Assembly (NCBI GenBank): GCA_934675625.1 | Contig: CAKURH010000003.1 | Coordinates: 4,503 to 68,502 of the forward strand | DNA length: 64,000 nt | Direction: 5' to 3' | Origin: an uncultured Kiritimatiellota bacterium | GTDB taxonomy: Bacteria; Verrucomicrobiota; Kiritimatiellia; RFP12; UBA1067 | Shown here: piece after piece, positions 1 through 15,130 of the stretch | Layout of the letters: each line of letters opens with the position of its first letter | Numbering within the stretch: position 1 is the first letter of the stretch | The notes under the pieces: model-generated | Database searches by the model: none | Told to the model about the DNA's origin: nothing | The model's input: only the letters and a program-made list of their open reading frames with translations | Program-made: the position numbers and the translations under genes

Positions 1-6097
<6,097 letters not shown>

Positions 6098-6123
6098 CGC
6101 TCTCTCCATTGTCTGTTCAGCTG

Positions 6124-8787
6124 TCAGCGGATGATGAAAAGGGCGCCGGACTGGTAGGCGAGCGTCGGGAGGACGGCGCCGCCCGCGTCGCGGAAGCCCG
6201 GATAGTAGGTAAAGGACACCTCGGCCGTCCGCATCTCGCCCGACAGGCGCAGCGAGGCCGCCTCTCCGACACGGACGACCCGGCAAGGCGCCCCGTCCTG
6301 GTGGACGACGAGGACGCCCGTGCCCGTGACGGAAAACGGCACGGTCACGAATCCACCCTTCCACGTCACCGTGACTGGAAGCGTCCCGGACTTGAGGAGG
6401 ACGGTCCCGTCCTCCCCGAGCGTCGCATCCGCCCCGTTCAAGGCGACGCGGGCGCATCCCTTGGCGTTCAGCGCGTCCGACAGCGTATCCGTCCAGTCGG
6501 CGGCAAAGGCTCCGATGCCGCGCGTCGCGACCGCATTCGTCGGCGACCCGTTCGGCACGCCGTCCGCCGTGCCATCGAACGCCGCGAAGGCGGGCAGGCA
6601 GTCCGAAAACACCGTATTGTCCGCCCACTGGCACGTGGCGAGGTAGGCGCAGTTCGTCAGCGTGAGCGAATACGTCTCGGGTTTTTCCGGGTTCGGCTGC
6701 GAACGGCCGAGGAACAGCGAGTCGCGGACGGTTCCGCTCCGGGGTCCGAACAGGCGCCCCAGCTCATCCTGCTTCTCGCCCCAGTTGTTCGGCCCGAACG
6801 TGCAGCCGACGACGGAATCCCAGAAGTAGAAGAGGCGGAAGCTGCCCCAGCAACCGTCGATGTACGTGTCGTGCAGCGCGAGACGCGCGCCGTCCGTTCC
6901 CGCACGGTTTCCCTGCGTCCCGGCGCTGCCGATGAAATTCGAACGGCAGTCGAGGATCCGGCACCGCCGGTAGGTGCCGTTGAACACACCGCCGCCGCGC
7001 GGCGCGAAACAGTTCGTGATGACGCAGTTCTCGACGACGGTGTCGGCGTGGACGCAGTAGACGCCGCCGCCCTTGTACGCGTCGGCGTCCGTCGTGGCGT
7101 CGTTCTTCGCCGTACCATTCACGAACGTGAAGCCATCGACCTGCACGGGATGCGTCGATTGGCAGGCAAGGCCGCGCGCAGCCCCCGCGCCGTCGACGAC
7201 CGTCACGTCCGCGCCGTCCGTCGAAACGAGGCGAATGCCCTTGCCCGCCGGGATCGCCACACGGCTCGCGCAGCCGACCTCGCCGCCGCCTGTCTTGTAG
7301 ACGCCCGGACGTACGCGGATGACCGCGCGGTCATTCGCGGCGTTGACGGCGTCCTGGATAGTCTTGTAGGTCTCGTCTTTGCCGACGAACAGCTCCTCCG
7401 ACGCCGCCGCGACGTCCAGTCGGCGGACGCCTGATTCGGGGACGGCGACCTCGACGGTCCCGTCGCGGCTTGGCCAGAACACCTCCGTCGCGTTCGTGAC
7501 TGCGTAGACGCTACCGCCGGACACCAAGGGGACAAGACGGAACGTCGCGTTCGGCGTGTCCGCGTAGAAGCGGCTCAGCGGGAAGGACGCGGGAATCGGG
7601 TGCCCGTTGACGGCGAAGTCAGTGCAGCCGGACGACCCCGTCGCGTGGGAGGTCGTCACGTAGCCGCCGACGGGCGCGGCCGGGACGACAATCGCGCCAC
7701 ACGTCACCGAGCCATCCTCCGCCGCCGTCACGGGATTTCCGTCGAAGTCGATTTGGCGGTAGCCTTCCGGCACGCGTTCCTCCAGCCACGCGAAAAGCCC
7801 CGCGCCGACCGCTTTCGACGTCACGAGCGGACGGAAGTCGTCCGAGCAGGGCGCCATCAGCGTCTCGTAGTAAGCCTCCCGGATGCACGCGCTGGCGAAA
7901 TTTTCGCTCAGCTGCGTGCTCACCACGCAGTTGGTCATGTAGGAATTGAGATTCTTCTTGGCCGAGATCGCGACGCAATTGAGCGACGGGCCTCTCGCGC
8001 CGGCGAAATAGTCACAGCCGACGAAGAACGTACAGTTCACGGACGGCGCAGTGTAGCTATAGACGGGCGTCATGTCGAAGCCGTCGAACACGCAGAACCA
8101 GCTCGGGACTTCCCGGACAGCCGCACCGACGGACGAGGCGGAACAGCCGATGAAGCGGCAGCGCACGGCCGCGCCGAAGGCCTCGTTTACGCCCTTGGCG
8201 TTGTTTCCGACCCCAAGCGCCATGCCGCCGCCAGCACGCGCGACGCAGTTCGAGAACAGGCAGTCGACCGCATATCCCCTCGCCTTCGGGAGGACGAGAA
8301 GGCCCCCGCCGCGGTTGTCCACCGCATCGCCCGAGCCGGCCTTCGTCGCGCCGTCCGTGAGCGTGAAGCCCTCCAGGGTCGCCCCGACCCCGGCGGCCTC
8401 GATGCTGACGCATCGCACGGCATTGTCGCCCAGGCCGCCGTTCTCGGCGTCGCGCGCGCCCCGGATGACCGTGACATCGCGCGTGGCGCGCCCGCCGACG
8501 GACCTGAGCGTGACGGCCTTCGTGATGCGGCAGCGCGTCTGCGCTCCGGAGGCGTCCGCCTCGGACCGGTCGCCGTAGACACCCGGCAGCGCGAGAACGG
8601 TGTCGCCGGCTTCAAGTCCGGGTATGGACATCGCGCCTGTGAGCGTCCGGCGCGCGTCCGTCACGGACGTGCCGCCGTTCTCGTCGTTGCCGTTCACGGC
8701 ATCGACGTACCACGTGGCCGCAAACCCGCCCATGGCGGCAAGCGTCGCCAGCGTCGCGAGAAGCACTTTCGTCTGGACTGCGTTCAT
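6124..8787 (-). CDS. Secreted right-handed parallel beta-helix repeat protein (two helix modules), adhesin/polysaccharide-active candidate
   Basis: Signal peptide MNAVQTKVLLATLATLAAMGGFAA. It has DUF1565-like openers (WYVDAVNGNDENGG...GDTVLALPGVYG, and again YKTIQDAVNAANDRAVIRVRPGVYK) and repeated G-x-x-C/N turn motifs. A strong SD (AAGGAGG) lies upstream. The protein ends ...SGALFIIR. Confidence 0.85.
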   Translation of the reverse strand: MNAVQTKVLLATLATLAAMGGFAATWYVDAVNGNDENGGTSVTDARRTLTGAMSIPGLEAGDTVLALPGVYGDRSEADASGAQTRCRITKAVTLRSVGGRATRDVTVIRGARDAENGGLGDNAVRCVSIEAAGVGATLEGFTLTDGATKAGSGDAVDNRGGGLLVLPKARGYAVDCLFSNCVARAGGGMALGVGNNAKGVNEAFGAAVRCRFIGCSASSVGAAVREVPSWFCVFDGFDMTPVYSYTAPSVNCTFFVGCDYFAGARGPSLNCVAISAKKNLNSYMTNCVVSTQLSENFASACIREAYYETLMAPCSDDFRPLVTSKAVGAGLFAWLEERVPEGYRQIDFDGNPVTAAEDGSVTCGAIVVPAAPVGGYVTTSHATGSSGCTDFAVNGHPIPASFPLSRFYADTPNATFRLVPLVSGGSVYAVTNATEVFWPSRDGTVEVAVPESGVRRLDVAAASEELFVGKDETYKTIQDAVNAANDRAVIRVRPGVYKTGGGEVGCASRVAIPAGKGIRLVSTDGADVTVVDGAGAARGLACQSTHPVQVDGFTFVNGTAKNDATTDADAYKGGGVYCVHADTVVENCVITNCFAPRGGGVFNGTYRRCRILDCRSNFIGSAGTQGNRAGTDGARLALHDTYIDGCWGSFRLFYFWDSVVGCTFGPNNWGEKQDELGRLFGPRSGTVRDSLFLGRSQPNPEKPETYSLTLTNCAYLATCQWADNTVFSDCLPAFAAFDGTADGVPNGSPTNAVATRGIGAFAADWTDTLSDALNAKGCARVALNGADATLGEDGTVLLKSGTLPVTVTWKGGFVTVPFSVTGTGVLVVHQDGAPCRVVRVGEAASLRLSGEMRTAEVSFTYYPGFRDAGGAVLPTLAYQSGALFIIR

Positions 8788-8809
8788 CTTGTGCCTCCTT
8801 TTCAGGTTA

Positions 8810-10345
8810 TCATTTCGGGGCGTCGGCTGACGCCTTCAGTTCGACAGTCTCGCGTTCGGCGACGAGCGCCGGCGCGTCGCGGAGGGGGATTTTCCGCACG
8901 CCCTTGGGCAGGGCCCAGACGCCGCCCGTGACCAGGTCGACAAAGACCGGGTCGTTGAACGCCGGCAGCCCCGGCACCGTGACGTTCGGCATCCAGGCGA
9001 ACGAGTCGTCCGGCCTCCGCCCGGAGAACCAGGCCGCGACAATCGGCCGCCCCTTCTTCTCGAAGCGCGCGAGCGTGACCGCGCGGCCGCCCGCCTTCGC
9101 TGTCGAGAGGCCGAGGGGCTTCACGTCCGCGTCGAAGAATCCATAGACGTTGCGCATCGCGTAGTAGGCTGGTCGGCGGTAGACGAAGCGCTTCAGGAGG
9201 TCACTGCGGATCAGCCCGAAGCTCTGGAGCATGTTCGCGTACAGGTTGTCCGTAATCGCGAAATGCGAGGAGAAGAGGCCGCGCGCGACGTCGCCAATCG
9301 CCCGGCGCAGGACCCATTTCGCCTGCGACACCTCCGTCCACGGCCAGCCGCACAGCGCGTGCGTGAACTCGAGCTGCGCGGGACAGCCGCACTCGCCCTG
9401 GAGGATGTCGTACTTCGGATTGAGGCTCTTGACCCACGCCCGGCGTTCGTCCAGCGGCATGTGCAGCCCCTTGCACCAGTCCCACGACCGCTCGCAGGGA
9501 TAGTGCGGCCCGTCGCAGGGCGCAGAATATGAGTCGTCCGGATTCGCGCGGTAGGGATGAACGGCCCACCAGCGGATCGCATCCTCGAGCCCCATCGCCT
9601 TCACGGCGTCGTAGACGGCCTGCGGGTCCTTCGGATAGCGGCAGGCGGAGATGACGATCTCGGCCTCCGGCTGGACTTTCACGATGCGCGCGATTGTCTC
9701 CGCGCAGAGCTTCGCGTAGGCCTCCGTCTGGTCATAGGGCTCATTCCAGATCTCCCAGCGCGTCACGCGGTCGCGGTAGCGCGAGACGACCGTCTCTGCG
9801 TAGGCGAGCCACGCCGACAGGCCTTCAGGACTGCCCACGACGTCCGCGACCTTCACGCCCAGCCAAGGACGCGAGCCGTAGAGCGAATTGCCGTAGCAGA
9901 GCGTGATCCACGGCGCGATCGCGTTCGTGACGAGGTAGTCGACCTGCGCGTCCAGCCACGCGAAGTCGTAGACGCCCTTCGTCCGCTCCGTCTTCTCCCA
10001 GCCGGACTGCAGGCGCGCCCACTTGACGCCGAGGTCGGGCAGGAACGTCTTGTACATCTCGAAGTTCGCGTAGTCGCGGTCGAGGCATTCGCAGCCGACC
10101 GACCAGGATGACGCGGCGATCTCGCCTGACCGGCGCGTGCGGAGCGTCCCGAGACGCGGCGACGCCAGCGGCGGCGGGGCCTCGTTGAACGCCTTCCAGA
10201 CGACGGACGTCGTCTTGCGGCTCCGGACGCCGGGCGGCAGCCCGCCCACGTCGTCCTCGATGAACGGCTCTGGGGCCTTCGCCGCGGCCGCAGCCGCCGA
10301 ACAGCACAGCGCGGCCAACGCCGCGAACAGGGGCTTCCGCTTCAT
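8810..10345 (-). CDS. Secreted clan GH-A glycoside hydrolase (GH39/GH5-like), tandem paralog 1
   Basis: Signal peptide MKRKPLFAALAALCCSAAAAAA. Motifs WEIWNEP (acid/base) and ILQGECGCP (nucleophile-like). ATGA overlap with the upstream paralog at 10342-10345. Confidence 0.85.
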   Translation of the reverse strand: MKRKPLFAALAALCCSAAAAAAKAPEPFIEDDVGGLPPGVRSRKTTSVVWKAFNEAPPPLASPRLGTLRTRRSGEIAASSWSVGCECLDRDYANFEMYKTFLPDLGVKWARLQSGWEKTERTKGVYDFAWLDAQVDYLVTNAIAPWITLCYGNSLYGSRPWLGVKVADVVGSPEGLSAWLAYAETVVSRYRDRVTRWEIWNEPYDQTEAYAKLCAETIARIVKVQPEAEIVISACRYPKDPQAVYDAVKAMGLEDAIRWWAVHPYRANPDDSYSAPCDGPHYPCERSWDWCKGLHMPLDERRAWVKSLNPKYDILQGECGCPAQLEFTHALCGWPWTEVSQAKWVLRRAIGDVARGLFSSHFAITDNLYANMLQSFGLIRSDLLKRFVYRRPAYYAMRNVYGFFDADVKPLGLSTAKAGGRAVTLARFEKKGRPIVAAWFSGRRPDDSFAWMPNVTVPGLPAFNDPVFVDLVTGGVWALPKGVRKIPLRDAPALVAERETVELKASADAPK

Positions 10346-11835
10346 TTCATTGCCTCCTCATCCTTGATTTCGACGACGTCCCGGTTCGCGACCAGCACGG
10401 GTGAATCCCGCAGGGGAAGTGCCGTTTTGCCCGCCGGGAGCGCGTAGACACCGCCTGTGACGAGATCGACGAGCACGGGGTCGGGGAAGTCTGCGACGCC
10501 CGGCACGGGAACGTTCGGCTTCCAGGCGAGCGAGTCGTCGGGACGGGCGTCCGAGAACCAGGCGACGAGCACGGGACGCCCCTTCTTCGCAAAGTGCGCG
10601 ATCGAGATCTCCCGCCCGCCCGCCACGGCCTTCTCGAACCAGAGCGGCTTCACGTCCGCGTCGAAGAACCCGTAGACATTGCGCATCGCGTAGTAGACGG
10701 GCCGCCGGTAGACGAAACGACCGAGCAGGTCGCAACGTACGAGGCCGTAGCTCTGGATCATGTTCGGGTAATGGTTGTCCGTGATCGCGAAATGCGACGA
10801 GAAGATGCCGCGCACGGCGTCGCCCATCGCCCGGCGCAAGACCCATTTCGCCTGAGACACCTCCGTCCACGGGACGTTGCAGAGCGCGTGGGCGAACTCG
10901 AGCTGCGCGGGGCAGCCGCATTCGCCCTGGAGGACATCCCACTTCGGGTTCCGCGCGCGCACCCAGTCGCGCCGCCGCTCGACCGGCGTGTGCAGCCCCT
11001 TCGCGACGCCCGCATACGAGGCATCCGGATTCTGGTGGTAGGGATGGCACGCCCAGTACCGGATCGCGCCTGCGACGCCCTTCTCGCGGACGGCCTCGTA
11101 GACGGCCTCCGTGTCGGACGGGAAGCGGCAGGCGGAGATGACGATCTCGGCCTTCGGCTGGACTTTCACGATGCGGGAGATCGTCTCCGCGCAGAGCCGA
11201 CCGTAGGCCTTGCCCTGGTCATACGGCTCGTTCCAGATCTCCCACATCGGCACGCGGTCTCGGTAGCGCGCAACGGTCGCCTCCACGTAGGCGAGCCACG
11301 CGGCAAAGCCTTCGGAATTGTCCACGAGCGGCGCCATCGCCATGCCGAGCCACTTGCCCGACTCGTAGAGCGGGTTGCCGTAGCAGAGCGTGACCCACGG
11401 CGCAATCGCGTTCGTGACGAGATAGTCGACCTGCGCGTCCAGCCACGCGAAGTCGTAGACGCCCTTCGTCCGCTCCGTCTTCGCCCAGCCGGACTGGAGG
11501 CGCGCCCACTTGACGCCGAGGTCGGGCAGGAACGTCTTGTACATCTCGAAGTTCGCGTAGTCGCGGTCGAGGCATTCGCAGCCGACCGACCAGGACGATG
11601 CGGCGATCTCGCCTGACCGGCGCGTGCGGAGCGTCCCGAGCCGGGGGAGAGGCGGCGGGGCCTCGTTGAACGCCTTCCACGTCGTCGATGCCACATGCCG
11701 CGTCCGCACGCCAGGCGGCAGCCCGCCCACGTCATCCTCGACAAACGGGGCTTTCCCGCCGGCAAGCGCCGTCGAACAGCACAAACAGGCGACCGGCATC
11801 CAGTCCAACCGCCTTCTCCAGCTCTTTCGCTTCAT
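10342..11835 (-). CDS. Secreted clan GH-A glycoside hydrolase, tandem paralog 2
   Basis: Track ORF 10342..11979 trimmed to MKRKSWRRRLDWMPVACLCC (ATG 11835, AGGAG upstream). Motifs WEIWNEP and LQGECGCP. A ~100-aa block is essentially identical to paralog 1. Confidence 0.85.
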   Translation of the reverse strand: MKRKSWRRRLDWMPVACLCCSTALAGGKAPFVEDDVGGLPPGVRTRHVASTTWKAFNEAPPPLPRLGTLRTRRSGEIAASSWSVGCECLDRDYANFEMYKTFLPDLGVKWARLQSGWAKTERTKGVYDFAWLDAQVDYLVTNAIAPWVTLCYGNPLYESGKWLGMAMAPLVDNSEGFAAWLAYVEATVARYRDRVPMWEIWNEPYDQGKAYGRLCAETISRIVKVQPKAEIVISACRFPSDTEAVYEAVREKGVAGAIRYWACHPYHQNPDASYAGVAKGLHTPVERRRDWVRARNPKWDVLQGECGCPAQLEFAHALCNVPWTEVSQAKWVLRRAMGDAVRGIFSSHFAITDNHYPNMIQSYGLVRCDLLGRFVYRRPVYYAMRNVYGFFDADVKPLWFEKAVAGGREISIAHFAKKGRPVLVAWFSDARPDDSLAWKPNVPVPGVADFPDPVLVDLVTGGVYALPAGKTALPLRDSPVLVANRDVVEIKDEEAMK

Positions 11836-11845
11836 CTTGCTCCTC

Positions 11846-12937
11846 TCATCCTTTCGTCTTGCGTTGCGTCGAGGCCCGAACGACGAGCCGCTCGGGCAGA
11901 AAGAGGCGAACTGGCAGACCGAAGGGTCGTTCGACGCGGTGCAGAAGCCGGTCGAAGACTGTCTGCGCGATCTCGGCATAAGGCTGCTGGATTGTCGTCA
12001 GGGCCATGACCCGGGCAATGTCCATGCCATCGAAGCCGCCGATCATGACGTCTTTGGGAATCGCATATCCAAGCGCCCGCAGCGTCTGCGCGAAGTCCGC
12101 CGCAAGCGCGTCGTTCTGACAGACAAACGCATCCGGGCGCGGACGTCGCTTCATGTAAGCCCGAACCGCCTTCACGTCCGTCGGCTCGGCCCGAAGCACG
12201 TTTCGCGCGTTCGACCAGGCCCGTCCCGACTGGACGACGGCACTGGCGACGCCTCGCACACGCTCCATCTGGTTGGGGAAGGTCCTCGGAAGCATCGCCA
12301 CATGGACGTTTCGCGCGCCTTCCGCGAGGAGATGGCTCGCAAGCGATTCGGCCGCCAGCGCATTGTCGATCGACACGACATCATGCCCGCTTCTGGCCGG
12401 CGGAAGGACGACATCGCTGTCGAGCAGCACGACGGGTATCTTCGCCCGGCGGAAGACGGACACGATGTCCGCGTTCGTCGTGTCGTCTGCCGACAGGAAC
12501 TCGACCGGATGGTAGATCACTCCCGAGACGTGCCGCTTGATGAAGTCGGCCGCGAGCTCGCGGACGTTGTGGCGCAACTGCTTCGGCTCCGCCGCGTCAA
12601 TGTTCACGAACAGGAACGCGCAGTGCGCACGTTGCGCGATCCGAACGAGTTCCAGGGCAATCGGATTGAAATACTCGTAGCGAGAGACTCCCGGCAGAAT
12701 CAGTCCGAACGTCTTCATTTCGGCGCGCTCCGTCACGAAGACGCCCTTCCCCTGACGGCTGCGCACAAGCCCCTCATGCCGAAGCTCGTCCATCGCCTTC
12801 CTCACCGTCGTGCGCGAACAGGCGCAACGGCGGGAGAGCTGCATCTCGCTGGGGACGGCGCGTGACTTCCCGTACTTTCCCCCGAGGATCTCGCCCTTGA
12901 GAAGCGCGTAGACTTCGCTGTGCTTTGTTTCGGTCAT
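11846..12937 (-). CDS. GntR-type winged-HTH regulator fused to a LacI/PBP-type sugar-binding domain
   Basis: Trimmed to MTETKHSEVYALL (ATG 12937, AAGGAG upstream). The N-terminus VPSEMQLSRRCACSRTTVRKAMDELRHEGLV is GntR-like, and the rest resembles a periplasmic-binding-protein fold (IPVVLLD, CQNDALA). Confidence 0.85.
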   Translation of the reverse strand: MTETKHSEVYALLKGEILGGKYGKSRAVPSEMQLSRRCACSRTTVRKAMDELRHEGLVRSRQGKGVFVTERAEMKTFGLILPGVSRYEYFNPIALELVRIAQRAHCAFLFVNIDAAEPKQLRHNVRELAADFIKRHVSGVIYHPVEFLSADDTTNADIVSVFRRAKIPVVLLDSDVVLPPARSGHDVVSIDNALAAESLASHLLAEGARNVHVAMLPRTFPNQMERVRGVASAVVQSGRAWSNARNVLRAEPTDVKAVRAYMKRRPRPDAFVCQNDALAADFAQTLRALGYAIPKDVMIGGFDGMDIARVMALTTIQQPYAEIAQTVFDRLLHRVERPFGLPVRLFLPERLVVRASTQRKTKG

Positions 12938-12963
12938 CGGTCTGCTCCTTGCGGTCTGGGAAC

Positions 12964-12994
12964 ATTGTAGCATATTTCCCGAAACGGATGTCAA
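12964..12994 (-). promoter_or_regulatory. Sigma70-type promoter of the GntR-led operon (TTGACA ... TGCTACAAT)
   Basis: The minus strand reads TTGACA (12994..12989), a 19-nt spacer including TGC, then TACAAT (12969..12964). This sits ~27 nt upstream of ATG 12937. Confidence 0.6.
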
Positions 12995-13009
12995 CTTGTC
13001 ATGACAAGT
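12994..13009. promoter_or_regulatory. Perfect 16-bp palindrome ACTTGTCATGACAAGT, candidate GntR operator
   Basis: Read directly from the sequence. It abuts or overlaps the -35 TTGACA. The GT-N-AC core is typical of GntR-family operators. Confidence 0.5.
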
Positions 13010-13015
13010 TTTTCG

Positions 13016-13040
13016 CCGCCAGGCCGAGCAGGCCTGGCGG
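13016..13040 (-). terminator. 10-bp perfect GC-rich hairpin between GH16 and the GntR promoter (atypical terminator candidate)
   Basis: CCGCCAGGCC-GAGCA-GGCCTGGCGG. There is no U-tract on the minus-strand transcript, so assignment as a terminator is tentative. Confidence 0.35.
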
Positions 13041-13071
13041 ACTGAAGGCGCGACAGAAGACGGGTACGCGA

Positions 13072-13854
13072 TTAGTTCCAGTATCGGAACCAGTCGATCT
13101 CGAACGTGGCCGGAAGCTCGGCGGGCTCCGGCTCGCCGACCCAGCTGTACATGATCTCGCAGTCGAACGTGACGTGCAGCGGACGGTGGAAATGGTCGTT
13201 CGCCCGCGCGAAGACCGCCTCGCCGTCAATGAACCACGTCAGCTCCGTCGGCGTCCAGAGAAAGCCGTATTCGTGGAAGTCCGCCGCCGGATCGAACGCG
13301 AGCGCAATCTTGCGACTCTTCTCCGGCAAGACCTCGACGCCGCCGTGGACGACGCCCTCCAGATACGGCGTCTTCAGGCGATGGACGGTTCCGTACCAGT
13401 CGCGCAGCGAGCCGAAAATCTCGAAGATGTCGATCTCCTCGCTGAAGTCGCCGACGCGGAACTTTTTCTCAGGCGCGTCGGAGAGCGGATCGTAAAGCCA
13501 GAAGGCGTTGCAGACCTTCGACCGCATCGTCCGCGCGCGGCAGGCGTAATAGCCGTAGAACGTCTTCTGCTGCGCGCGCACGTAAGCGGTCGCGTACGTC
13601 GTGAAGCCGCGCCGCAGGTTCTCGACCGTCTTCTCGTCCGCCCGCAGCCGCCGCGCCGTCAGGCTCAGGCAGCCGTTCGTGACGGACACGTTGTCGCGCG
13701 CGAACAGGAACCCGGCCGAGCGCCCCGGAAACGAGGCGACCCAGTCGGACCACTTCGCCTCGTCGAGCGTCGCGCCGTCAAAGTCGTCCGCAAAATCCGG
13801 CGGACGACTCGGCGCGACGAACGCGGCGAGCAGGAACAGCGCGGCGGCGAGCAT
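13072..13854 (-). CDS. GH16 family glycoside hydrolase (beta-glucanase/galactanase type)
   Basis: Catalytic E-x-D-x-x-E motif SEEIDIFEI, a concanavalin-like fold signature, and a hydrophobic N-terminus MLAAALFLLAAFVA. Confidence 0.85.
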   Translation of the reverse strand: MLAAALFLLAAFVAPSRPPDFADDFDGATLDEAKWSDWVASFPGRSAGFLFARDNVSVTNGCLSLTARRLRADEKTVENLRRGFTTYATAYVRAQQKTFYGYYACRARTMRSKVCNAFWLYDPLSDAPEKKFRVGDFSEEIDIFEIFGSLRDWYGTVHRLKTPYLEGVVHGGVEVLPEKSRKIALAFDPAADFHEYGFLWTPTELTWFIDGEAVFARANDHFHRPLHVTFDCEIMYSWVGEPEPAELPATFEIDWFRYWN

Positions 13855-13858
13855 CGCC

Positions 13859-14506
13859 TCAACCGCGCAGCTTCTTCACAAGCGCGGCGGCATCCGCCGC
13901 CAGCTTCTCGATGGCCGCGTAGTCGCCGGCCGCCAGCGCGTCCTTCGGGACAATCCACGTGCCGCCGCAGCAGACGATCTCCGGGACGGCGAGGTAGTCC
14001 GCGACGTTGTCGAGCTTGACGCCGCCCGTCGGCATGAACTTCACGCCCGTGAAGCGGAACGCGCCGAGGAGGTTCCTGATCATCTTGACGCCGCCCGCCG
14101 CCTCCGCCGGGAAGAACTTGACCATCCGGCAGCCCGCCGTCAGGGCCTGCGAGAGCTCGCTCGCCGTCGCGATGCCGGGGCACATCGGAAGCCCCTCGGC
14201 CTGCGCCGCCGCCATCACGACCGGGTCGAGGCCCGGCGCGACGCCGAACACCGCGCCCGCCGCCTTCGCGGCCTTCACCATCTCGGGCGTGAGGAGCGTC
14301 CCCGCGCCGAGGATCGCCTCCGGCACCTCGCGCTTGATTGCCGCGATCGCGCCCGCCGCCGCCGGCGTGCGGAACGTGACTTCGAGGACGGGCAGCCCGC
14401 CCTTCACGAGCGCCCGCGCGAGCGGCACGGCCTGCTCTTCCTTCTCGATGACGATGACCGGGATGATCCCCGCCTTGCCCAACGTTTCAACCATGTTCAT
14501 GTCCAT
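13859..14506 (-). CDS. eda: 2-dehydro-3-deoxyphosphogluconate (KDPG) / 4-hydroxy-2-oxoglutarate aldolase
   Basis: Full-length Eda-like sequence (IIPVIVIE..., VLEVTFRTPAA, VKFFPAEAAGG, FMPTGGV). The SD position suggests the real start may be the third Met (14500). Confidence 0.9.
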   Translation of the reverse strand: MDMNMVETLGKAGIIPVIVIEKEEQAVPLARALVKGGLPVLEVTFRTPAAAGAIAAIKREVPEAILGAGTLLTPEMVKAAKAAGAVFGVAPGLDPVVMAAAQAEGLPMCPGIATASELSQALTAGCRMVKFFPAEAAGGVKMIRNLLGAFRFTGVKFMPTGGVKLDNVADYLAVPEIVCCGGTWIVPKDALAAGDYAAIEKLAADAAALVKKLRG

Positions 14507-14530
14507 CTCTCCTTGTTTTCGTTCCAGCTT

Positions 14531-15130
14531 TCACGGATGCGCCGTCGCCGCCGCGCGACCGAGCGCGAACGCCTTCAGGTTGATGTCGAGCAGCTTCGCC
14601 TTCGGCCCCGTCAGGAGCTGCGCGAGCGCCTCGCGCCAGGTCTTCTCCTCGAACGGGCAGAACGCCGAGAGCGCGCCCGCGATGACCATGTTCATCGTGC
14701 GCGGGTTGCCGACCTCTTCCGTCGCGACCTTCATCGCGTCGACGAGGACGAGCTTCCTGAACGCCTTCTTCAGCTTGCCGTCGAGATCCTCGACATCCGC
14801 CTGCTGTCCGGAGGAGACGGTGACCGGCGTCAGGTACGTGTCGTTCACGAACGCCGTGCCGCCCTTCGCGAGGATGCCCGCATGGCGCAGGGCCTCCAGC
14901 TTGTCGAACGAGACGAGCACGTCGGCCGAGCCCTCCTGGATGATTGGCGAGGCGACGGACGCGCCGAAGCGCACCTGGCTCGTCACCGAGCCGCCGCGCT
15001 GGGACATGCCGTGGATCTCGGACTTCTTGACGTCGTAGCCCGCGAGGGCCGCCGTCTTCGCGAGGAGGTCGGCCGTCAGGATGATGCCCTGCCCGCCGAC
15101 GCCGACGAGCGAAACGTTGACCGTCTTCAC
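14531..15130 (-). CDS. IorB-like subunit of indolepyruvate/2-oxoacid:ferredoxin oxidoreductase (beta/gamma type)
   Basis: Track ORF trimmed to a GTG at 15130 (VKTVNVSLVGVGGQGIILTADLLAK...HGMSQRGGSV). GTGA overlap with the nifU-like stop. No alpha subunit is present in the window. Confidence 0.8.
   Translation of the reverse strand: MKTVNVSLVGVGGQGIILTADLLAKTAALAGYDVKKSEIHGMSQRGGSVTSQVRFGASVASPIIQEGSADVLVSFDKLEALRHAGILAKGGTAFVNDTYLTPVTVSSGQQADVEDLDGKLKKAFRKLVLVDAMKVATEEVGNPRTMNMVIAGALSAFCPFEEKTWREALAQLLTGPKAKLLDINLKAFALGRAAATAHP

Noticed and set aside
6124-6150. C-terminal -LxIR tails as PEP-CTERM, LPXTG or T9SS sorting signals
   Set aside because: There is no PEP or LPXTG motif, no ~20-aa hydrophobic helix followed by a basic cluster, and no ~80-aa CTD-like domain recognisable. 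I kept it as a novel-motif hypothesis instead.
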